Assembly (NCBI GenBank): GCA_017654855.1
Contig: CM030337.1
Location: 682,001-746,000 of the forward strand
Direction of reading: 5' to 3'
Length of the DNA stretch: 64,000 bases
DNA from: Podospora anserina
Taxonomy: Eukaryota
In this document: positions 37,585 to 48,324 of the stretch, piece by piece
Layout: each line of letters starts with the position of its first letter
How positions within the stretch are numbered: position 1 is the stretch's first letter
The notes under the pieces: model-generated
The model's database searches: none
Told to the model about the DNA's origin: nothing
What the model saw: the letters and a program-made list of their open reading frames with translations, nothing else
Program-made: the position numbers and the translations under genes

Positions 37585-38585
37585 TGTGGCGTTGATTGGG
37601 CGGTTGATTCAGTTGTGGTTTGGAGATGATGGAGGGAATATCGATTATTGCGGTGAAGTCAAGCTCCGGGATGAGATGGGGTGGCGATTTTATGGAGTTG
37701 ATCAACGAAGCACAAAAATCTGGAGCAAAAAGGATATTGCTTCAGCGTATGAATGGAGGTGTAAGAAGTTATTCCAAATTCTTGTGAGGAAAGTCAAACG
37801 GTGATCTTTGTCCATGATTACCAAGACGGACCGATGTCACTCCAAGGGCGCGTCTCATCAAGCGTGCACGTGGCTAGGAAGCGCGTCGATGGTGCGCTGT
37901 CACGTGATGCCACCCTCTTGATATCGATGAGACGGTCTTCAGCTCGTGGTCGATAGAACAACAAACAGGAAGAAAGTGGAATATCCAACCCTTTGCGGTT
38001 CGTATTATTCATACCTATCTATTCAGCTGGTACACACTCAAGGTTTCTTCGCCATTGGACAAGCAGGAGCTCGCCGCTCGTTCTTTCCTCGTTCACAGAG
38101 CCTCGGTCAGAAACCGGGCAACAGGAAAGTGCAACTGGCATTTGTTGGCAGTTTCTGTTAACCCGAAGGGTGATTCGAGGCCAGGGACCCTTCTTATTTG
38201 TTGACTAGGCTTCCCACTTCAGGTTTTACTCCTTGAGAGGTTGCATTCGACCAATTCCATAGACGCTCACCAAAATCTTCGTTTGTGATTTCAACGACAG
38301 AAGTCGTTCAAATCCATCACAATACCATATACCATCATTCAAGATACCAGTAACCAAGTTTCCACTCCCAAATAAATCGAGCAGCTGTAAGCCAAACGCT
38401 CAAGTTTCATGTGACGCAGATGTAACAGTGGCGCAAGAAGGCACGGAAAGATGGTGTCGACCCCGCGACGCCCGGCCAAGCTGGTGACCGTCCCGTCAAC
38501 TGAATATATTACCCTATCTTACCCATTAGCAGACCCTACATGATCAATCTTGTCATCTTTCGACTCTTGGTCAACTAAACTCAAC

Positions 38586-40728
38586 ATGAACCGCAAAATC
38601 GAATGCCGGAGTGATGGGTGTGGAAATGAGGTCTTATTCAAGCCCACTCTTGAGGGGGGCTTCAACATCCATCAGCCGAACTTAGACCACTACCACTATC
38701 GCGATCATAGGAGATCGGTAGCTGGTGGGCGACGTCTTTCTCCTTATTGCAAGCAACGTAAGGTCCCTTTCTTAGACATTGTGATGATGAGAAGGCGAAC
38801 TGAGATGCGGTAGACACTTGTGCTCACTTCCACCGTGAAGAGTGCTGTACTAATAAGAAGCCTCCCCATGACACCGTTTGTGCTGTTCGTATGTTGACCC
38901 TGAAATGTCAACCTGCCGTGTGATGTGATGGTGATTAACAATGCCACCAGACACGAGATGTCCCATCCCGGACTGTCATCAAGCTCGGGCTCAGTTTCTC
39001 GACCCCAACTTTGACCCCCTTTCGAATGCTGTGCCGAGATATGCTCGCTATGAAGTGTGTGCTGACCGTATGTCTTTTCTCTCGGTAACCAAAGCTTTGA
39101 TTGCTTGCTGACTGTGGTTGTGAAGACAAATGCATTGTTCCGAGGTGCGCACAGCGAAGAGCGTCGACTAGTACTACCTTCTGTCAGGCTCGTGAGTATT
39201 TCCCTCCAATTCTGACACACAGTATGGTTACTGATATCATCAAGATGGGTGCAGAGCAGACGGATGTGGCAACGAGCGCCAGGACCAGCTTGAGTGTTGT
39301 GAGAAACGTATGTGCAACCTCATTCTCTTCAAACTCTATGAAAGACGGTACTGATACGATAGCTCAAAAGACCGATGTCACGCCAGGGGCTGCGACTTGG
39401 TTGTGGAAGGCAACCATACCCTCTGTGCTCACCGTGGGTGCCACCGCTGAATCCCATCATGGACAGCTGCTAACCACCAAATGCAGATATGACATGCGAG
39501 ATGAACGGCTGCGGAGGAGCAAAGCATTTTGAACCCAACAAAAAGGAATATTTGCCGTACTGCACCAACCGTATGTCCCTGCTTATTCATGAGTTTTGGT
39601 GTCCAGTCTAACCATGACATTTTTCAGATGCCACCTGCCCAGTTGCCCGATGTAAGCAGACGAGACTGGACCGACAGTCAGCTTTCTGCGATGACCATAC
39701 CTGTCGAGAGAGGGGTTGCAACAAGAGCGCCAGAGTGAAGCCGTATTGTGATGATCGTTAGTCTTCCCCCTCCCTGTAACTGCAACCGAGACTGACTTTG
39801 GACAGATCGATGTGCGGAAATCGACTGCGCCTATCCTATCGCCGACAAAACTGGAAGGTTTTGCCCACTGCGTAAGAGATATTTGCTTTGCCTTGACAAG
39901 TAGTACCGGATGCTAACACGAGAACAGATACTTGCCGAGCCGAAGACTGCCTAGAGTTCGTCAACAGTTTCTCCATATACTGTCAATCCCGTGAGACCTT
40001 CTTATCTGACCACCTCTCCGGCAGATAGCAGATACTGACATCAAATAGACGGCTGCTCCAAACCCAAATGCCTCCAACAATCCATCGTCGAGTACCTCTG
40101 CCTAGACCGTAAGCCCACCCCCTCTCCCAGAAACCGCCAACTAATTAATAAAATAGACCTCAAAAAACACTATACCGCCCTCGGTCGCCGCTCTGCCCTA
40201 ACCCCAGCCTCCTCCCAATTCGACACCGTCGCAACAAGCACCATAGCAGAGGACGACGATTCCTCCACTTCAGACGACAACGACGAGAGACGCCCAGGAA
40301 TAAGGAATAAACCCCCTAGCCTGAAAGGCGCCTACCCGTCCTCTTCGACGTTTAGCACCACCCACAGCCATACAAGATCAGCACCCATCTTTGCCCCTAA
40401 CTCCAATTCTGGCAGTGGAGGCAAAGAGACACCATTGACTACGAGGCCGAGCACAACACTCCAGATTCATACTCAGAATAATACATCTGACCCTCATCAC
40501 CCCTCGCCGTCGCAAAAGGGCCCGGGGTTTTACAAGGTGAACACTGCTGCTGATGGTGGTGGTGGTGGTGGTGGTGGTGATGGGGAGAGTGTTAGGGCAC
40601 CGTCACCCAAGCTTGTGCCTATGCCTCTGCCTGTTCCGAGCGACGATGGGAAGACAGGTTCGAGGCCGAAGCTCATGGAGGATATAGAGGGTATGGTGTA
40701 CAATCCTGAGAGGGGGTGCTGGGAGTAG
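38586..40728 (+). CDS. 12-exon protein with ~12 tandem C-x4-C-x~8-25-C-x2-H repeats and an S/T/P-rich tail
   Basis: Eleven GT-AG introns with branch points (donors about 38758, 38889, 39068, 39192, 39308, 39433, 39571, 39757, 39872, 39991, 40109) join into one open frame that ends in ORF 40435-40728. Confidence 0.85.
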
Positions 40729-41050
40729 TGGCCGTGCTAATTTATCTGTTGATTATTCCCATTTGTGAGATTGGAGTAGTGTGAAAGGAGAGAATCGTCC
40801 TTGATCGATTGCAAAGGGTAATTTATTATACCGTGATTTAACCGTGACCTCTCTCCAACACGACAAATCGTGCCCAACTCTATGATCCCCCTTCCCCATT
40901 ACTTGCCCAAGCGTGAGAATCTCTATGATTGATTGTAATGTTTTTTTTTGGATAAAAAAAAAAAAAAAAAAAAGGCCCGGAGCCCGACGCAAGAAAAGCG
41001 AACAGCGGCCTTTCCTACTGTAGCAAACCAAACACCAAACTTTAGTATAA

Positions 41051-41150
41051 TAACGTAAGGCTAGAACAACCTGGAACCCTGAATAGATAGCCCTTAACCA
41101 GACTTTTTACTTAAGGGCCACCCGTTCGGGGCTATTCCAGCCTCACGTTA
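41051..41150. mobile_element. MITE-like remnant (96 bp) with ACGT-ended terminal inverted repeats and TA duplication, Tc1/mariner Fot1/pogo type
   Basis: TA-ACGTAAGGCTAGAA...GCCCTTAA at the left end and TTAAGGGC...TTCCAGCCTCACGT-TA at the right end. Confidence 0.75.
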
Positions 41151-41407
41151 CTAGGCTAATTCTTGTTTTATCACAACAGAAAAGGCCACTGTTCCCGTCT
41201 CTTGCGTAGGGCTCCGGCCCTTTTTCCTTTTTTTTTTTTTTGAAAAAAAAACAAAAAAAACTTTATACCCACTTATAGGCTCATGGGGAATCTCGATCGT
41301 TCCGTTACGCCACCACCTCTCGCAAACGCAATGACACTCCAGCCAAACATCCTCCTCCCCATCCATTCCCCTTGTGCACCCCTTCCATAGATCCTGATCG
41401 ACCCCTT

Positions 41408-42079
41408 TTAATCCCCAGTATCAACCTCCAAATCAACCTGCACCCCATTACTAACCCCGTAATCCCCCAGCGTGATATGATCCTTAAACGGCCTCTCCCC
41501 CTGCCTCTTGAGCAAAATCTCGTGCGGCTCCCGGCCAACCTTCATGGCGACCATAATCTTGAACTGGCCGACCGTGTCGGAGGGAAAAGCGGGGATCTGG
41601 GCTTTGGTGCCCAGTCTATCATTCACCGTGACGACAATCATTTCTTCTTGTGGCGCGATGGGTTGCCTGGGCTTCTCCTTCTTTTCTTCTCTTGGCTTAT
41701 CCCTTGGTCTGTCCCGTCGTGGCGAGCGCTCTCGTCTTGGGGAGCGGCGCCTGTCACGAGTGGCATCCCGTTCCCGGGGGGCAGCAGCAGAGTCGTGGTC
41801 TCGTCTGGTCGGGGAGCGATTTTGCCTTGAGCGATCGTTGTTGCTGTCGCGGTCTCTATCCCGTCTATCATCCCGATCGCGATCACGCCGGGGCGAGCGG
41901 TCGCGGTAGCCGCGCTGGAGGTTCTTGTCGCTGCTGTCTCGACCACCGCCGCGACTGTCTTCGCTAGTAGTAGGACGTTTCTCTTTCCATTTGAACCCGC
42001 CGCTGGCTTTTGGTCGTCTAGGCGGGGATCGACTTCGTGATCGTGACCGGCGACGAGGTGGTGGGTCTGCATCCGCCAT
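41408..42079 (-). CDS. RS/RD-rich protein with C-terminal Hub1/UBL5-like ubiquitin fold
   Basis: MIVVTVNDRLGTK...SDTVGQFK...KDHITLGDYGV aligns by eye with Hub1 (MIEVVVNDRLGKK...DSVGDFK...KDHISLEDYEV). It is preceded by ~145 aa of RSRS/RDRD. Confidence 0.85.
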   Translation of the reverse strand: MADADPPPRRRSRSRSRSPPRRPKASGGFKWKEKRPTTSEDSRGGGRDSSDKNLQRGYRDRSPRRDRDRDDRRDRDRDSNNDRSRQNRSPTRRDHDSAAAPRERDATRDRRRSPRRERSPRRDRPRDKPREEKKEKPRQPIAPQEEMIVVTVNDRLGTKAQIPAFPSDTVGQFKIMVAMKVGREPHEILLKRQGERPFKDHITLGDYGVSNGVQVDLEVDTGD

Positions 42080-42842
42080 TTTGGGGATTTGTTGTGGTTG
42101 TTGAGAGGAAAGAAGAAGAAAAAAGCGGTCGCAGGTTGGAGGAGGGCCTTCAAGGTGTAGAGGCACCTTAGCAGTGACGAAATTTAGGTGGGGCGCCCGG
42201 TTTGGGGTCGGTCAAGTGGCAGATGCCAAAGGGGAAAAAAGGTGAGCAAGAACATGTTAAACTAGCTAGGTAGCCATTAACAATAGAGAAATATGCTTCA
42301 AGAAGATACCTAGATAGATCCGTACGGTCTCCAACTCGCACAGAAGAGCAGAAATTCAAGAGTTGCCTATCCAAGTTTTACGCAATCGTACAAGCTGCCT
42401 GATAGACAACAAGGCGTACACACCATGCCCGAGCATTTGGCGAACACATACTTGAACAATATTGAAAAGGAGCTCCCTAGGTAGATTTCAAACACTGTAA
42501 ACAGTTGGCAGTCTGGGTGTCATTCTATCCGCAGCATCCAAAACTCGTCCCCAAAGAGCTCTCACTTCAAACCAAATCACAAAGCAATAAGACAAAGCTA
42601 GGCCAAAACGTTTATTCTTTTATGCACCAGAGGTCTACATAAACACAATAGGCACCTCCTTTTTCGCCCTTTTGCCTTTTATCATCACGATGTAAAAATG
42701 CAGCGCTTCACATGCATTAAGTATCGCAGACCACACCAGACAAATGCCCCCGTAGACGCCGCCATTACTCCGAATCCAAACGCCGAAGAGTCAACAACAA
42801 GCCCAAAAATGTGCCGAAAGGAGTATCATACAATAGAAGATA

Positions 42843-42864
42843 TAGAGAGAGAGAGAGAGAGAGA
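42843..42864. repeat. (AG)n microsatellite in the NOP58 3' region
   Basis: Directly visible. Confidence 0.85.
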
Positions 42865-42929
42865 GGAAGCTGAAGGGTAAGGAACAAGAGAAGTTACAGA
42901 GCAATTCGAGGTAGCAAAGCCAGACCGCT

Positions 42930-44758
42930 TTACTCCTTGCTGTGCTTCTTCTTCTTCTTCTTGTGCTCCTTCTCCTTTACTGGCGCCGCCTCCTCGTCAT
43001 CATCGTGCTTGCGCTTGGAGCTCTTGGTCTTGGCTGGGCTTTCGGTCTCTTCTGTTGGCTCCTTGGACTTCTTCTTCTCCTTCTTGTCCTTCTTCTCGCT
43101 CTTGTCCTTCTTCTCCTTATTTTCCTTCTTCTCCTTCTTCTCCTTCTTCTCCTTCTTGCTGGCCTTCTCCTCATCGGCAGGCGCGTCCTCCATCTCGACC
43201 TCCTCAATGAGGGGCTTGGCAGTCTCGGCCTCAGCGGCGACACCGTCGGCATCGGCGTTGTACTTGCGGGCCTCCTTGATGTCCCACTTGGGGACAGTGA
43301 TGTTGTTGGGGTTGGGGCCGAGCTTGGTGGAGATGGGCTTACCCTCCATCAAGCGCAGGCTGTTCTCGAGCTTGGCGCGAGACTTGATGCCGAGCTCGGC
43401 GCGAGTCTCATCATCGACATCCTCGTCGAACTCGGAAAGAGCATCAGTGCGCACACCAAGGGCGACCTTGGCGGCGAGCTGACGGGCAATCTTACCCTTG
43501 TTGTTACCAGAAGCCTGGCCAACGAGGGAGGCGTGGTAGATGAGACCATACTTGGGGGTCGCGTGCTTGGTCTTGAGGGCACGGAAAAGAGCCTTTTCGG
43601 CACCGAGAATCTGGATGGTAGAACCGGGGTTCTTGGCCAAGCTGATGAGGGAACCAGCGTGGGCAATAAGACGAGCACCAACAAGGGCGCCGAGAAGCTC
43701 GGTCATGTTGGGGGAGATGGCCTTCATGCGGTTCTCGAGGTACTCGGAAAGCTGCTTGCGGTACTCGGAAAGAGCAATGACACGTTCAGCGAGAAGCTTG
43801 ATGTTGTTGAGATCCTCCTCGTTGATCTCGGTACCCATGGAAATATCAGCGGCAGACTTGACGGCAGCCTCGATTTCGTGAGGGAGAATTTCGGAAAGGT
43901 CGGTCTCAGGAGCGTTGGTGCGGACACCCAGAGTAACGATAATCTTGGCATAAGAGAGGTTGTCGGGCAAAATCTTGGCCAACTCGGGGAAGTGCCAGCC
44001 GTACCATTCCTTGACGCGCATGGCATAGGTGTTGAGCTCCTTGTCCAAATCGTCAAGGAGGGAAACGGCGTGGACAATCATGATGTCGACCTTCTCGGGA
44101 GAGAACTTGAGCTTGTGGCGGGAGAGGGAGTGGGCCAGACCCAGAGACATCTCCTTGAAGTTTTCAGGGAGCATGCCGGGGACAAGCTCGGGAAGATGTT
44201 GTCTGATGGCGCGGAAGAGCTCATTCGTGGTGCTATCGGAGATGGGCTTGATGTTGAGCTCAGGCAGCTTCTTGATGGAGGCGCCAAGCTTGCTCTCGGC
44301 AACGGCAAGGGTGACCTTCTTCTCATCCTTGAACTCGTTGAGGAGGTTCTGGAGGCGTGGTGTGACCTTGCCTTCTACGAGGCCCGAGATTTCCTCGAGA
44401 GCCGAGGCGGCGCTGTCGAATTTGGCAAACTCCTTGTACTTGATCCTGTTGCGATGGTTGGTACTGGTTCTTGCTGTCAAGGTTTTTCGGTGGCTGGGTG
44501 AAAACTTACTCCTTGACGATTTTCTCAGTGGTGGAAAGACGGTCGGTCAGGTTGTCGTCCTCCAAGAGCTTCTTGTCGGAAGCCTTGAACAGGCCATAAC
44601 TGCATTGGCGAGTTAGCTGTCATGTTCAATGCCGGCTCAGGTGTGTCGCGACTCTTGTTCAAGTCAAGCAGTCGCAATCGCGTCTCTACAGAGAGAAGGG
44701 CCCATTGAACAGTCGGCACTTACCCGGCGCTGGTTTCGGTAAGAATGAAAAGACCCAT
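42930..44758 (-). CDS. NOP58: Box C/D snoRNP core protein Nop58 (3 exons)
   Basis: [71 protein letters not shown] and a KKE/D tail. Confidence 0.95.
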
Positions 44759-45232
44759 GGCGACAAAGTGCGATGCTGAGCCGATGTGCTCCTGCAGTTG
44801 TCGTGGGAAGTGGTGGGAAACAGCTGTCGATGGGTGCCGTTCTTTCTGTTCACCAGAACCTTCAAGCAGCAGCAAAAAAAAAAGTCAAGAGCGAAAGATC
44901 AATTTTTTTTACCACCAGTTGGAGTTCGCAGGTGGGGGCAGTGTGGGCCCGTGCGTTGTACCAAGGTGCTTTTTAGACTTCACCGCAGGCACCACAAAGC
45001 CAAGCCAAGAGCTGACTGAGGCTTGATGGCTGCTGTTGCGTCGTCGTTGTTGCTGCACGGTCCACCTACCTACTACACCTTGAGACCAACCAAGACAACC
45101 AAGTTCCCGTCACACATCAACGCCGCCTTGAGCCGCGCCTCACCTTCAAGCTTCCTCTCCAACAACACTTAGGAGACTGACTCTCTGTCACGGTCATCTA
45201 AACCTCCAAGCTTCAGATCAACATTGCCCAAC

Positions 45233-46477
45233 ATGGAGGGCCTCTTCTTCAACGTCAACAATGGGTATGTAACATAACACCTCCATATGTATCTGCATGA
45301 TGCATCACTTACCCCAAGGGTCCCCATCACTGACACTGACACCCCCCCGCAAAGCTACCTGGAGGGCATCATCCGCGGCTACCGCAACGGCCTCCTCACC
45401 AGCACAAACTACACCAACATGACCCAATGCGAAACCATCGACGACCTCAAACTCCAGCTCGGCCCCGCATACGGCGACTTTCTCTCCACCCTGCCCCCCA
45501 ACCCATCCACCTCCAGTCTCGCCACAAAGACAACCGAGAAGCTCGTCTCCGAGTTCCGCTACGTTCGCGCCAACGCAGTGGGCTCCCTCGCCAAGTTCAT
45601 GGATTACATCACCTACGGGTACATGATTGACAATGTCGCCCTCCTCATCACCGGCACCCTCCACGAGCGCGACACCCGCGAGCTCCTCGATCGGTGCCAC
45701 CCCCTGGGTTGGTTCGAGACCATGCCTGTTCTTTGTGTGGCCACCAACATCGAGGAGCTCTACAACAGCGTTCTCATCGAAACCCCCTTGGCCCCTTACT
45801 TCAAAGGCAGCCTCTCCCACCAAGACCTGGACGAGCTCAACATTGAGATCGTGAGAAACACACTCTACAAGAACTACCTGGAGGATTTCTACAACTTTGT
45901 CAACACCCACCCCGACATGGCGGGCACCCCGACAAGCGAGGTCATGACGGAAATTCTCGAGTTTGAGGCGGACAGGCGGGCGATCAACATCACGTTGAAC
46001 TCGTTTGGGACGGAGCTGTCGAAGCAGGACCGTAACAAGTTGTATCCCACTTTTGGCCGGCTCTATCCCGAGGGGACGTTGATGTTGTCGAGGGCGGATG
46101 ATTTTGAAGGGGTGAGGCTTGCGGTGGAGGGGGTGCACGATTACAAGTCGTTTTTTGAGGCTGCGGGACTAGGAGGTGGTCCGGGGGGACCGGGGAATAT
46201 GGGAGGGGGTTCGGGGTCGGATGGGAAGAGCTTGGAGGATATGTTTTATCAGAAGGAGATGGAGATATGCAAGGGGGCGTTTACGAGGCAGTTTGGGGCG
46301 AGTATTATTTATGCTTTTGTTAAGCTGAAGGAGCAGGTATGTTTTTCCTCTCTGCTTTTTCACAAATGGTTATGGAACTAACACGATGAATAGGAGGTCC
46401 GCAATATTCAGTGGATATCTGAGTGCATAGCTCAGAACCAAAAGGAGCGCATTGGTAATTACATCAGTGTGTTCTGA
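45233..46477 (+). CDS. VMA6: V-ATPase V0 subunit d; introns 45265-45354 and 46337-46393
   Basis: MEGLFFNVNNG|YLEGIIRGY, YMIDNV, CHPLGWF, EFEADRRAINITLNSF, KLKEQ|EVRNIQWISECIAQNQKERIGNYISVF. Confidence 0.96.
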
Positions 46478-46803
46478 CCTGGTTTTGGGCGGATGGTTTG
46501 GTGTCTTTTTTCATTGTCAGGCTGAGCTTGATGTCTCTATAGTATTAATGCGCCCTGTTCAGAAGCATGCGTTTTGACTTTTTATTTGCTCTTTTTGTAC
46601 TCGTAGCACCCTAGGCAGGCGTATTGGCGATGTGGAATCTTTACAACGACGAGACCTTGTGTCGTCTCTCTCTCACAATGGCGGGGTTTGTCTCGTCTCT
46701 TTTGGTTCGGTATTGTGTATATTGTACATAGAGGACGTTATACATCTTGCTGTCTTTTTTATACACATCTCACTTTTTTTGCTTTCCCAGGGGGTATAAT
46801 TCA

Positions 46804-47838
46804 TTAAACCTCGATCTGGTTCTTCCAGCACGCCGGGGTGATGCCCAGCGTTTTGAGCATAAACTGCCACCGCTCACTCCCCCTCTCCTTCTTCTCCATG
46901 TACTTGAGAAGCCGTTGCCTCTTGTGGAGGAGCAATCTCAGACTCCTCTTGTTGTTCTTGTCCTTGTAGCCCTTGTGCCCCTCGAGCGAGAGAGCCACGG
47001 CTCTGATCTTGGAGGTTAGAATGGCGATCTGGACCTCGCTGCTTCCCGTGTCTGGGCCGGCGCGGACGGGCTTGGGTCCCTGCGGGGCGTTGATGGAGGG
47101 GTGGGGGGCGGCGTGGTCGAGGGTGACGTCGGTGACGTGACGGCCAAAGGTCTCGATGCAGCGGCGCTTGTTGGCGTGTTTCCTGTCCTTTGCGGAGCCG
47201 TTGTTGAGGTCTGTGATGCGCTGGAGGGCGATGATGGCCTTTGAGACGTTCTCCTCGTGCTGTTTGAGGTCGGTGTGGGTGTCCTCGTCGAGGGGTTTGG
47301 TCAGGCGCTTGGACTGCTCAATGGCCTGCTCGATCTCTTCTTTGGTGAGGAGGTAGTTGGCCAGGTGGGTGGAGGTGGGGAGCTCGTGAGGGGGGGCGAG
47401 GGGGTTGCCGTCGCCGTCGACTGGGGGGGTGGAGAGGGGGGCTTGTCCGCCCGAGTCGAAGGATTCGACGAAGGGGGTGGTGATGCCGTGGATGGGGGAG
47501 CCCCAGGCTTCTTTGCGTTCGGCTTCGAGCTCGGCGCGGCGGCGGAGGTTGGCGTTTTTGCGCTGTTGGGTTTGGGCCCAGCCGTAGGGGTCTTGCTTCA
47601 TGCGGCGCTTCATTTCCTTGCGCTTTTCTTTGGTCTTTTGGGAAACATTGGCTGTCTGGATGAGGGGGAGGTGGGACAGGGCTGGGGTTGTCGTCGAGGC
47701 GGGAGATGGGCGGAGGCATACTGGGGGGTTGTGTTAGTTGCGCATGTCTCTATATCAGGCGCAAGATAGAAGGCAGCTGAGGTATAGCTTACGCGAAAGG
47801 GTTCGCAGCCCCTGGGGGACGGGTAACCTGGGAGGCAT
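46804..47838 (-). CDS. MRPS28: Mitochondrial ribosomal protein uS15m; intron 47721-47792
   Basis: S15 signature DTGSSEVQIAILT...KDKNNKRSLRLLLHKRQRLLKYM, plus a presequence-like N-terminus. Confidence 0.88.
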
Positions 47839-48324
47839 CTTGACTTGGTTGGCGTTGAGGGTGGTCTCCCAGCGCTCTCCGGACCTTCAATCGCTATCCG
47901 TACGTCGGCTCACTGCTCACAACTTTCTCACGGCTGGCCTGCATCTCCCAGATTTTGGGGCCGTTTGCGCTAGACTGGGCCAGGACTAGCGGATGTTCAC
48001 CTCTCCCGACAGGGTCCCTCAACTCGGCGAGACGGAGCCTCAAAATTCCGGGGCTGAATTCTGCCTGGCAAAAGCGGTCAGTAGCACTTCACTTCAGCAG
48101 CTGGCACTCGGACCGGCAGAATCACCTGCCCAGTGCACCCCCGGCTCGCCAACCACACAACCCTGGCGGGGCACCCCACACAAAATCAATTGTGTGTGCC
48201 AAATTCCTGTAGCTCCGCCTTGCAGCCGTCGCGGAGTCCCGAAAAAATATATCCCACCAGAACGTCAATAGCCTCGACCTCTTTCTCCCGTCGACACGTC
48301 CTGCCGCGAGAAAGCACCGTCAAA

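Noticed and set aside
42942-44501. 519-aa + strand ORF
   Set aside because: Antisense shadow of the codon-biased NOP58 gene; the poly-Leu mirrors its KKE tail.
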